Assembly: GCA_018221105.1 (NCBI GenBank)
Contig: JAAOYA010000008.1
Coordinates: 44,648 to 64,647, forward strand
DNA length: 20,000 bases
Direction: 5' to 3'
Source of the DNA: Candidatus Woesearchaeota archaeon
Lineage (GTDB): Archaea > Nanobdellota > Nanobdellia > Woesearchaeales > JAAOYA01
Below, in pieces: positions 7,897 through 16,087 of this stretch; position 1 is the stretch's first letter; the number at the start of each line of letters is the position of its first letter. Below the pieces are notes generated by a model. The model had not been told where the DNA came from, did not search any database, and saw nothing but the letters and a program-made list of their open reading frames with translations. The translations under genes were made by a program, and so were the position numbers.

Positions 7897-7964
7897 TCAA
7901 AACTCAAAATTAAACTTATTTAAAAAAATATTGTTGTCACCAAAAATTTACGAAAAAACTAGTG

Positions 7965-8414
7965 TTATTGAGTCTCTTGTGTTTTTTGAGAATTTTCTTT
8001 TTCGACTCTCATTGTTACGTAGCCCATTGTTAGTGTTCCAACGCTTGTTTCTTCTATTATTGGAATATTAATGCTTTCATTAATCGCTCTTTCTAAATTA
8101 TCACTGGCTTGTTGTGCTAGCACGTCAAAATCTTCATCTGATGCTCTACCCGGAAGAGTTGGTACTTCAGCGCCAAGGTAAGCAAAATATCCCATTGCGT
8201 CAGGCATTAACCTAAAAGACTCAGGCATATTCTCAAAAGGATGTGGAAATAAATAAAACTCAGTGCCTCCTGGTGACATCCCGACAAGAGCGTCGGCTCC
8301 TGGAGCTCCAGCGCATAAAAAGTTAAAGTTTTCCGGTGATAGAACAAGTTCGTAATGTGGTTTGTGATCAACAAAAGTTCTGTTGACCTTCATGACTGGG
8401 TGCATTGTTGTCAT
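7965..8414 (-). CDS. Hypothetical protein
   Basis: About 149-aa ORF. ATG 8414 fits TATA-like TATTAATA at 8434-8441. No recognisable motif. Confidence 0.6.
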   Translation of the reverse strand: MTTMHPVMKVNRTFVDHKPHYELVLSPENFNFLCAGAPGADALVGMSPGGTEFYLFPHPFENMPESFRLMPDAMGYFAYLGAEVPTLPGRASDEDFDVLAQQASDNLERAINESINIPIIEETSVGTLTMGYVTMRVEKENSQKTQETQ

Positions 8415-8483
8415 CAACTATGAAAAAAAAACTTATTAATAAATATTCCTAAGTTTTTTATATAAGTTATTTTAAAGAGTTTT

Positions 8484-8801
8484 ATGGAGTTTGATGGTGA
8501 TTTAACACTTTTAGAAATATTAGACCGGGGAATATCTATTGGTACAGCAGTGACACTTTCTTACACACAATTAATGCTTAAAAAACGAGCTGTTTTTGAT
8601 GGTCTAAGAACTAAAGAAGAACGTTTAATGGCCTGCCAGGAATTTGATCAAATGTACTTTCAATTTGATAAATTAATAGAATCTTACGACGTTGACTCAA
8701 ATTACCTTCAAAGTACTGGCTTGGCAGAAGTGTTAAGAAAAGCTGAACAATTAAAAAGTGATGTGCAACTCGAAGAAAAAGCGTTAGGCCCTCCATTCTA
8801 G
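8484..8801 (+). CDS. Hypothetical protein (105 aa, helical)
   Basis: ORF with TTTATATA at 8457-8464; divergent from the previous gene. Confidence 0.6.
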   Translation: MEFDGDLTLLEILDRGISIGTAVTLSYTQLMLKKRAVFDGLRTKEERLMACQEFDQMYFQFDKLIESYDVDSNYLQSTGLAEVLRKAEQLKSDVQLEEKALGPPF

Positions 8802-8900
8802 TCTTTTAAGCTTATTACTTGAAAGCCTACGGCATTTTGAGTTCTTAACGAAATTCATCTGTCGACATATTTATATTATAAGAAATCAGCTTATTAGATT

Positions 8901-9326
8901 ATGGAACATCTTGCTATAATGAAAAAGTCATTAGATTATCTTGAAAAAATAAAATCTGGAGAAAAAGTAATTGAATCAAGATGGTATAGTTCAAGAATAT
9001 CTCCTTGGAATAAAATAAGAAAAGGAGATTTTGTATATTTCAAAAATTCAGGATGTGCAGTAACTCTCAAATCAAAAGTAAAAAAAGTTATCCAGTATGA
9101 TGATTTGACTCCAAATAAAATTAAAGTTGTTCTTTCAGAATTTGGTAAGGACATTGGAATAAAAGATTTGAAAACTTTTTTTGAAGAAGTTAAATCTAAG
9201 CGTTACTGCATTTTGATATTTTTAGAAAACATTAAAGAAATATCTCCTTTTTTTATAGATAAGATCGGATTTGGTATTATGTCTGCGTGGATTTCTATCG
9301 AAAATATTAATCAAATAAAAAGGTAA
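8901..9326 (+). CDS. ASCH domain protein (PUA-like)
   Basis: HLAIM...YLEKIKSGEKVIESR (GxKxxExR motif)...IRKGDFVYFK. Confidence 0.85.
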   Translation: MEHLAIMKKSLDYLEKIKSGEKVIESRWYSSRISPWNKIRKGDFVYFKNSGCAVTLKSKVKKVIQYDDLTPNKIKVVLSEFGKDIGIKDLKTFFEEVKSKRYCILIFLENIKEISPFFIDKIGFGIMSAWISIENINQIKR

Positions 9327-9370
9327 ATTCCTAAACTCAAAAGCTTGTGGCCAAGTCTTTTTTTCGATTC

Positions 9371-9895
9371 TCATTTTATCGCCCAATATTTTTCACTGTT
9401 TTGTGCTTTTTGATAAGCTTTTTGAAAGCTTTGCTCGTCAAACAATCGACCTGCAATGCCTACAATGTAAGGTATTGCATCATCATAGCCTTGCATGCTT
9501 AACATTTCCGGGTCTACAAATATTCTGCCATCATTTAAGCAAATAGTTCTTGGACGGTCCAAAAGAAACAATGGTTCTTCAAGGCTTGTTCCATCATAAG
9601 GACTATTTTTTCTTCTTGGTATTACTATTCCTTCACAAAATGGCAGGTAATTAACTTTTGTTTCTAAACCATCAACTTCTTGAGTGCTTTCTAAATCATT
9701 AAAATTTTCAGTTGTCCAACAAAGATCAAAACTATAAACTCCATCAGTAATAACAGCAGTATGTTGTGGAATATCTAAACTGGTAAGTTTGAAAAACATT
9801 TGCTTCCAAGGACTAGGATACGATCCCTCAATCACTGTATTAAAAGAAACCTTTTCTTTTTTAGTTTTTGATGGCAATATTATAAGATCTCCCAT
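9371..9895 (-). CDS. Hypothetical protein (174 aa)
   Basis: ORF with TTTAAATA (9915-9922, minus) 19 nt upstream of the ATG. No recognisable motif. Confidence 0.6.
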   Translation of the reverse strand: MGDLIILPSKTKKEKVSFNTVIEGSYPSPWKQMFFKLTSLDIPQHTAVITDGVYSFDLCWTTENFNDLESTQEVDGLETKVNYLPFCEGIVIPRRKNSPYDGTSLEEPLFLLDRPRTICLNDGRIFVDPEMLSMQGYDDAIPYIVGIAGRLFDEQSFQKAYQKAQNSEKYWAIK

Positions 9896-9925
9896 GAATA
9901 TTATAATAAAAACTTATTTAAAAAA

Positions 9926-10282
9926 TTAATCGTTTCTGAAGAATTCTCGTAACACTTTTTTTGCTCTGGTATAAAATGATTCTGGTTGCACCGGCAAGGG
10001 TTCTGGTTTTGTGAATGTTTGATCGCTCTCAACAGTTGGCATTTGATAATGGTAAGCTGGTGGTTGTTCAAGCATTCTTAAAGGGTCAAAAACTCTGATA
10101 TCATCGCCTGATATGTGAAAAAGTGATGGTATTCTAGAATTATAAAATAGTGCTGGGTTATCATGACCCTCTTCACTGGCCTCTTCTAATGCACTTAATG
10201 GGTCTTTACCATGACTCACTACAAGTCCATTAGCAAGTGCTACAAACTCATCAATGCATTCATTAGCAATAGTTTTTACCAT
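9926..10282 (-). CDS. DUF5678-like protein with Pro-rich tail
   Basis: EFVALANGLVVSHGKDPLSALEEASEEG resembles the DUF5678 pattern (WVAxxxGxVVAxGxxxxEVxxxA). Confidence 0.55.
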   Translation of the reverse strand: MVKTIANECIDEFVALANGLVVSHGKDPLSALEEASEEGHDNPALFYNSRIPSLFHISGDDIRVFDPLRMLEQPPAYHYQMPTVESDQTFTKPEPLPVQPESFYTRAKKVLREFFRND

Positions 10283-10350
10283 ACAAAGAGTGTATTAAAG
10301 GTTTATTATAAAACTAGCCCTTTTTTATACTTTTAACATATTATTTTATT

Positions 10351-11007
10351 ATGAAAATATTATTAATTGTTGGTGTTGTTCTTTTATCTTTTGTTCTGCT
10401 AGGGTTTGCTGGTTTTGCTCCGTGCTCTCAAATCTTTGGCCAGGTAACGAGCAAAGTAATAACAACAGAGAAAACTGTTTTTTTAACATTTGATGATGGG
10501 CCAAGCCAAAACACACTAGAAGTATTAGAAATATTAAAAAAACATAATGTTAGCGCAACATTTTTTCTAATAGGACAAAACGCTTTAGAAAACCCTACAA
10601 TTACAAAACAAATAGTCGCTCAAACCCACTCCATAGGTGTTCACTCTATGACACACCCATACTTATTCAATAATAATCACGGCGAATTGTCAAACGCTAA
10701 AACAATTATAGAAAACATAACAAATCAAAAAGTAGCATTGTTCAGACCACCTTACGGTTTTAGAACACCAACCACTATAAAAACAGCAAAAAACCTAAAC
10801 ATGACAGTCATCACGTGGACTATTTTCCCACGCGATTACAAAAATTCAAAAGATGTTATAATAAAAACAGTGTTGGACAATTTAGGGCCAGGAGCAATAA
10901 TAGTACTCCATGATCACACTGGCAACAGAAATAATACTTTAGAAGCACTGCCAATAATAATAGAACAATCAAGAATTCAAGGTTACCAGTTTAAAGTGTT
11001 AAACTAA
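10351..11007 (+). CDS. Polysaccharide deacetylase (CE4/NodB family), N-terminal membrane anchor/signal
   Basis: Motifs TFDDGP, HSMTH, FRPPYG and IVLHD; hydrophobic N-terminus. Confidence 0.93.
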   Translation: MKILLIVGVVLLSFVLLGFAGFAPCSQIFGQVTSKVITTEKTVFLTFDDGPSQNTLEVLEILKKHNVSATFFLIGQNALENPTITKQIVAQTHSIGVHSMTHPYLFNNNHGELSNAKTIIENITNQKVALFRPPYGFRTPTTIKTAKNLNMTVITWTIFPRDYKNSKDVIIKTVLDNLGPGAIIVLHDHTGNRNNTLEALPIIIEQSRIQGYQFKVLN

Positions 11008-11009
11008 TG

Positions 11010-11315
11010 TTATGCTGCTACTTCTCGCAATTCAATGTCAAGAATTTGCGCAATTTGTTGAATCGTCAAACTCATTGCTTTAACAGTATCTAACATGTGT
11101 TTTGGATTAATACTTTTTTCCACATATTCTCTTAAATTTTTAGTGCCATCAATAATATTTTTTAGTTTTTTTGCAACATCACCTTTACTGCCATGCTTGT
11201 CTAATAATTGTTTGCAAGCAACTCTTATTTGATCAGACATGTTCAGGATATCAGTGGTTTGTCCCCGGTATATCAAATCTGTTGTAGCGTGTACCATTTG
11301 GTTTAAACTGTTCAT
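11010..11315 (-). CDS. Hypothetical protein (helical, ~101 aa)
   Basis: ATG 11315 is preceded by SD-like GAGGT (11324-11328); TTG 11330 is the alternative start. Confidence 0.6.
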   Translation of the reverse strand: MNSLNQMVHATTDLIYRGQTTDILNMSDQIRVACKQLLDKHGSKGDVAKKLKNIIDGTKNLREYVEKSINPKHMLDTVKAMSLTIQQIAQILDIELREVAA

Positions 11316-11402
11316 TTTAAAATACCTCAATAAGTTTTATACTATTAAACATTTATAATTTTTTGTAAAAACTTTATAAACTACAAGTTCTGTCAAACAA
11401 TA

Positions 11403-11831
11403 ATGGATGACTTTGAAAAAAAGTATGGTTTTGTAGAAGACAAAAAAAGAAAAGCTTTTCATCGTGGGCGAATAATGTTTGTCATCAAAGACAATCGATT
11501 GTTTATTGCCCCAAAGGGTGTTGCATACTCTCACGCAGTGTGGTTTGAGCGCGAAGATTGGATGAAATTTAACGATGACAGTTTTATGAATGAAAACGTT
11601 CGCGGCCGTGTTGACCCACAAGGCAACATTGGATTCTATGTAGGCTACGATTTTAGCGTAACAGAAAAAGCAGAAAAAACCTTTTTTAAACATTTGAAAG
11701 AAATAGTAACAAAACTTAACGTTCAACCAACTGCCTTAGTGTATGGTGGACTAAAAAAAATTAGTGATGATAGCTTAGGACCTGCAAAAAATTATGGCAC
11801 TGTAAAAGAATTATTAAAAAATGTTGACTAA
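11403..11831 (+). CDS. Hypothetical protein (142 aa), coupled to alkD-like gene
   Basis: ORF with TTTATAAA at 11373-11380; overlaps the next gene by 11 nt. Confidence 0.7.
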   Translation: MDDFEKKYGFVEDKKRKAFHRGRIMFVIKDNRLFIAPKGVAYSHAVWFEREDWMKFNDDSFMNENVRGRVDPQGNIGFYVGYDFSVTEKAEKTFFKHLKEIVTKLNVQPTALVYGGLKKISDDSLGPAKNYGTVKELLKNVD

Positions 11832-12516
11832 ACTAAAAAAAGATTTAGTAAAAGCTTCTAGTAAAGAAAAAGCAATAGTCCTACAACGCTTTTTCAAAAC
11901 AGGACCAGGACAGTACGGTGAAGGAGACGTGTTTTTAGGTGTTGTAGTTCCAGACCAACGCAAAATAGCACAACAATACGTTAGCCTATCATTTAATAAT
12001 ATTCAAGAATTGTTAAACAGCAAGTTTCACGAGCACCGCCTAACAGGATTATTAATACTGACATATCAGTATGAAAAAGCGACTGAAAAAGAACAAAAAC
12101 AGATTTACGAATTTTACTTGAAAAACACTAAAGCAATAAATAATTGGGACTTAGTTGACGTCACAACCCCTAAAATTGTTGGCGCGTACTTAATAGACAA
12201 AGATAAGTCAATATTGTACAAACTTGTAAAAAGCAAAGATTTGTGGGAGCGAAGAATTAGCATTCTTGCAACTCACTGGTTCATTCGCAACAATCAATTC
12301 AATGACACAATAAAGATTAGCGAATTATTACTAACTGATTCTCATGACTTAATACAGAAAGCTGTTGGTTGGATGCTGCGAGAAGTCGGAAAACGAGACG
12401 AAAACACTTTAATTAAATTCTTAAACACTCATTATAAAATAATGCCAAGAACAATGCTACGCTATTCAATAGAAAGATTAAACAAAAAACAGAAAGCTTT
12501 TTTTATGAAAAAATAA
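11821..12516 (+). CDS. DNA alkylation repair protein (AlkD-like HEAT-like-repeat family)
   Basis: RFFKTGPGQYGEGDVFLGV, INNWDLVD, LWERRISI, DLIQKAVGWMLREVGKRD, MPRTMLRYSIE. Confidence 0.9.
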   Translation: MLTKLKKDLVKASSKEKAIVLQRFFKTGPGQYGEGDVFLGVVVPDQRKIAQQYVSLSFNNIQELLNSKFHEHRLTGLLILTYQYEKATEKEQKQIYEFYLKNTKAINNWDLVDVTTPKIVGAYLIDKDKSILYKLVKSKDLWERRISILATHWFIRNNQFNDTIKISELLLTDSHDLIQKAVGWMLREVGKRDENTLIKFLNTHYKIMPRTMLRYSIERLNKKQKAFFMKK

Positions 12517-12519
12517 TGA

Positions 12520-12939
12520 TTATTTTTTATCATGTCTATAAAATGGCATTCTATTCTTAATACTTGGTAGGTAAACGTGAAATGGAACAGTACCGCGTAA
12601 TAACCCGTCAAAAAAACGTTCTAATATACTAAAATATTCTTCTACATTTTCTGATTCTAGATTTGTTAGAAAACTTTCAAAAAGTGTTTTTGAAGCTCTC
12701 TCAACAGTACTTTTGGCACATAATGCTTCTAGCATCCAATCGTCAACACTACTAACAGTTGCATAGGAAGCTTTAATATTTGGTAAACAGTACCTATGGC
12801 TTTCTCTAATGTAACCTAAATCTTCGAGTTGTGTAATGGCTTCTATCCTGTCAGTTGCAGTAGCAACTAATAAATTTTTAAAACCATCAACGCCAAACTC
12901 ATTATTTACACTATCAACTATTTTTCCAGCTTGTGACAT
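12520..12939 (-). CDS. Hypothetical protein (139 aa)
   Basis: ORF with TTTATATA (12960-12967, minus) 20 nt upstream of the ATG. Confidence 0.6.
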   Translation of the reverse strand: MSQAGKIVDSVNNEFGVDGFKNLLVATATDRIEAITQLEDLGYIRESHRYCLPNIKASYATVSSVDDWMLEALCAKSTVERASKTLFESFLTNLESENVEEYFSILERFFDGLLRGTVPFHVYLPSIKNRMPFYRHDKK

Positions 12940-12970
12940 TGAAAATTGGAAAGAAAATGTATATAAAAAA

Positions 12971-13852
12971 TTATGTTTTGATTTGTAGTCCTTCTATCAG
13001 TCCTTGTTTGCTGTTGAACCCGCTTAATAGGTTGAAGACTGTTGGTTGTCTTTTGTACTCGTAAGTTGTCACAGTGATGTTTAACGTGTCTTCTATTACT
13101 TGCAGTACTTCTTGTTGATTGCCTAAAACGTCCACTAGGCCTAGTTCTTTTGCTTTAGAACCTAAATAAATTCTACCATCAGCCAGTCTATCAACTTGTA
13201 CGAATGATAAATTCCTATTGGTAGCGACTTCTGCTACAAAATAATCGCGCATTTCATCAAGTGTTTTCTCTAAGTATAGTCTTTCTGCTGGTGTTAATTC
13301 TTTAAATGGTGTGCCCATGTCTTTGAACTCTCCTGAGACAAGTCTTTGATAAGAAACATTGTACTCTTCTAAAAACTCTGAAAAGTCTAAGTATGAGCCA
13401 ATGACTCCGATGCTTCCAGTAATTGACAAAGGGCTTGCTACTATAACGTCTGCTGAGGAGGCTACCCAGTATCCGCCGCTGGCGCCGACTTCTCGAATCC
13501 ACGCGACTGTTAACTTGTCACTTTTTGCAATTGCGCGAGCAATCTCTTCACTAGCAACCGCTGTGCCGCCAGGACTATTAATTTTTAGAATAATCGCTTC
13601 GACTTTAGGGTTCTCATTAGCATCATTTAAGAATTTTAGGACTTCATCAGCACTGCCAACTGATAGTCCTTGACCGTCAGAGATGACTCCCTCTATTGGT
13701 ATTATTGCTGTGTTGCCAGTCTCGCCCCAAATGCTTTCAATAGTTGACGCGATAAACATTGCAAATATTGATAGTATTATCAAAAATATTATTGTAAAGC
13801 GTAGCGGCCTGATTGTTTGAGGTTTTAATATTATGTTTTGTTTTTTAACCAT
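12971..13852 (-). CDS. sppA: Signal peptide peptidase SppA (peptidase S49, 36K type)
   Basis: INSPGG, GASGGYW (catalytic Ser), SITGSIGV, SGEFKDMG (Lys), AKELGLVD; N-terminal TM. ATG 13852 has SD GGTGA (13858-13862) and overlaps the RDD stop. Confidence 0.93.
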   Translation of the reverse strand: MVKKQNIILKPQTIRPLRFTIIFLIILSIFAMFIASTIESIWGETGNTAIIPIEGVISDGQGLSVGSADEVLKFLNDANENPKVEAIILKINSPGGTAVASEEIARAIAKSDKLTVAWIREVGASGGYWVASSADVIVASPLSITGSIGVIGSYLDFSEFLEEYNVSYQRLVSGEFKDMGTPFKELTPAERLYLEKTLDEMRDYFVAEVATNRNLSFVQVDRLADGRIYLGSKAKELGLVDVLGNQQEVLQVIEDTLNITVTTYEYKRQPTVFNLLSGFNSKQGLIEGLQIKT

Positions 13853-14330
13853 TAACGTCACCAATATCTAAATTGTCAAAAATTTTTATTTCTTTGTCAA
13901 CATGTAATAATCGTGTTTTGGATAATATGTTTGATAATGTCTTATTTTTTAAAACTATCGCGATTGGATCAATAAACCATAGTATTATGAAAGGAAATAT
14001 TGGTATTAAAAAAAGGTTTGCCATAACACACGATAAAAAACCGTTGTGCTCTTGTACTGTTTTGGTTATCATTTTTCCTGGTGTTTGCCCTAAATAATAT
14101 TCTAATATTGTAAAGTATAAAAAGAAAAATAAGAACAGTACCAAGCTGACAAACTGTATTTTAAAAGTTGCCAGTGACTCTTGTGTTATTACCATCATGC
14201 GCGATGGTGCAAGGCTTTCAAATAAACTGCTAAAGGGCACTCCTACAACAAACCATAATATTATCATGTCAATAATAAACGCTGATAAACGTCGCATTGG
14301 CGTTGCCTCAAAAACTAGTCTTTTAGCCAT
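13845..14330 (-). CDS. RDD family membrane protein
   Basis: ATPMRRLSAFIID and YFTILEYYLGQTPGKM motifs; three hydrophobic segments. Confidence 0.88.
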   Translation of the reverse strand: MAKRLVFEATPMRRLSAFIIDMIILWFVVGVPFSSLFESLAPSRMMVITQESLATFKIQFVSLVLFLFFFLYFTILEYYLGQTPGKMITKTVQEHNGFLSCVMANLFLIPIFPFIILWFIDPIAIVLKNKTLSNILSKTRLLHVDKEIKIFDNLDIGDVNG

Positions 14331-14419
14331 TATTTTCTAAAAGTGTTTTAATTATTTTTATAGTTAATTGTTAGTTGCGGGAATAGTTTTATAAATACTC
14401 GGCGGTTTTGCACGTTTTG

Positions 14420-14764
14420 ATGAAGAAAAAGCCACAACCACAATTGAGTGCTGAAGAGCAAGCAGCAATGCTGCGCCGCACTCGCATTCCTAAAGAACCT
14501 GAGAGTTTTGGTGTTATTGACCAACGTCTTGGCGGTAATCGCATGAGAGTTCGCTGTTTAGATGGCAAAACACGCATTTGTCGTATTCCAGGAAGATTAA
14601 AGCGCAGGTTGTGGGTTCGAGAAGGCGATATTGTTATAGTGGAGCCTTGGGAGTATGGCGGTGACGCAAAAGGCGATATTGTGTTCAAATATCGCCCTAT
14701 ACAAGTTGATTATTTAAGAAAAAAGGGTCTTTTAAAGCAACTTGACGACTTCGAAGAATTCTAA
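14420..14764 (+). CDS. eif1a: Archaeal translation initiation factor aIF-1A
   Basis: QRLGGNRMRVRCLDGKTRICRIPGRLKRRLWVREGDIVIVEPWE...KGDIVFKY. ATG 14420 follows TTTATAAA at 14388-14395. Confidence 0.96.
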   Translation: MKKKPQPQLSAEEQAAMLRRTRIPKEPESFGVIDQRLGGNRMRVRCLDGKTRICRIPGRLKRRLWVREGDIVIVEPWEYGGDAKGDIVFKYRPIQVDYLRKKGLLKQLDDFEEF

Positions 14765-14818
14765 ATTCACCACTATAAAATAGAAACATTTTTATATAGT
14801 TTTTCTTGACATCACGTC

Positions 14819-15493
14819 ATGAAGCGCGAAATCACAACAAAAATTTCTATGCTAGCAAGCCTAATACTAATTTTAGTGCTACTATCAAAACTAAACAATT
14901 TCGACTTCATAATACAAGCAGTGCTACTAACAGGACTAATAGTATTAAGTTCTTTAGCACTAGCACTCGACAAAAGCAAAGAACAAACAATAATGCAAAC
15001 ACTATTTTTTAGTGCGGTAATCGCCAACAGCAACTACTTTTACTTCAAAAACCCAACACTACTAGTACCACTACTAACACTAATAGCATCAATAGGACTA
15101 GTAATAACACTAACAGAAAAGAAAAAAAGTTTAGTGCTGCCACCACAGCTGCCAGAACTGCCAGAAAACCTAGAAGTAGAAACAACAATCACAGAACCAG
15201 CATACATTGTTGAAAACTACAAACCATCAAAACTACAAGTTTACAACGCAAGAAAAAAAACAGCAAAGAAAACTGTTAAAAGAAAAGCTACTAAGAAAAA
15301 AGTTGTTAAGAAAACCGTTAGCAAAACTTACAAACCAGGAAAATACGTAGCGTCCACTGGCTCTAATGTTTATCATTCTCCAAAATGTTATTGGGCAAAA
15401 AAAATAGTAAAACAGCGCAGAACATGGTTTGACACAGAAGCACAAGCACAAAGACATGGTTTTAAAAAACACAGTTGCCTAAAAAAGAAATAA
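14819..15493 (+). CDS. Membrane protein with Lys-rich linker and C-terminal Ada-like metal-binding domain
   Basis: 3-4 hydrophobic N-terminal segments; KKTAKKTVKRKATKKKVVKKT linker; YVASTGSNVYHSPKC...FDTEAQAQRHGFKKHSC. TTTATATA at 14791-14798. Confidence 0.75.
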   Translation: MKREITTKISMLASLILILVLLSKLNNFDFIIQAVLLTGLIVLSSLALALDKSKEQTIMQTLFFSAVIANSNYFYFKNPTLLVPLLTLIASIGLVITLTEKKKSLVLPPQLPELPENLEVETTITEPAYIVENYKPSKLQVYNARKKTAKKTVKRKATKKKVVKKTVSKTYKPGKYVASTGSNVYHSPKCYWAKKIVKQRRTWFDTEAQAQRHGFKKHSCLKKK

Positions 15494-15494
15494 A

Positions 15495-16082
15495 ATGTTA
15501 ACGCGCAAAGAAAAAAGACTTCTAAAAGAAAGCACAGCTGCTTGTAAAATGGCCGCTCTTTGTTATGACAATAATCCAGAATTATCAGCAGAATTAATGG
15601 GAGAAGCTAACAGAGCAGCCAATACTATTAGAGCACAAGTCAGAGGTGAACCTACAGCAATTCAATCTCACCAAAATCATTTAGAAGAACGCACAAGACT
15701 ACAACAACCTTACGCATCAAAAAATCATTCAATGTTAGAAGAAGCTAGTATGTCAGAGCAAAAAGCAATATTTGCAAAAATGAGAAAGCAATTAGGCCTT
15801 TACAATCCAGCAATGAATGCACCCTTAGGACATGTATACACAACAATTGTTGAAGAGTTAGGCATTGAAGATCCTTGCATTGACAATTTCATAGAAGAAT
15901 TATTACTAGAATTTGAAAATATAGGAGAAAGAACATCCATGGTAAAAGATCCTAAAGAAAGTATTTCTTTCAGTTCTCTTTGTTATCCTTTAACTAATTG
16001 GTTGAGAAAAAGAGAAGAATTCAAAACAATTAGTGATAAAGCCTTTAAAAAAATAGAAGCTCAAGCAAAAGGCCATTACTAA
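15495..16082 (+). CDS. Hypothetical protein (195 aa)
   Basis: ATG is 1 nt after the upstream TAA (TAAAATG). Confidence 0.65.
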   Translation: MLTRKEKRLLKESTAACKMAALCYDNNPELSAELMGEANRAANTIRAQVRGEPTAIQSHQNHLEERTRLQQPYASKNHSMLEEASMSEQKAIFAKMRKQLGLYNPAMNAPLGHVYTTIVEELGIEDPCIDNFIEELLLEFENIGERTSMVKDPKESISFSSLCYPLTNWLRKREEFKTISDKAFKKIEAQAKGHY

Positions 16083-16087
16083 ATGAA

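Noticed and set aside
5888..9154. ORFs 5888-6151, 7110-7307, 7862-8071, 8611-8796, 8936-9154
   Set aside because: Antisense shadows overlapping better-supported genes or promoters.
15053..15118. A-rich codon run as a diversity-generating retroelement template or variable repeat
   Set aside because: No second near-identical copy, no AAY-codon enrichment and no reverse transcriptase in the window.
8901..15493. ASCH + AlkD + Ada-like genes as one alkylation-response system
   Set aside because: They are separated by unrelated genes with independent promoters, and the Ada-like domain lacks the methyl-acceptor Cys.
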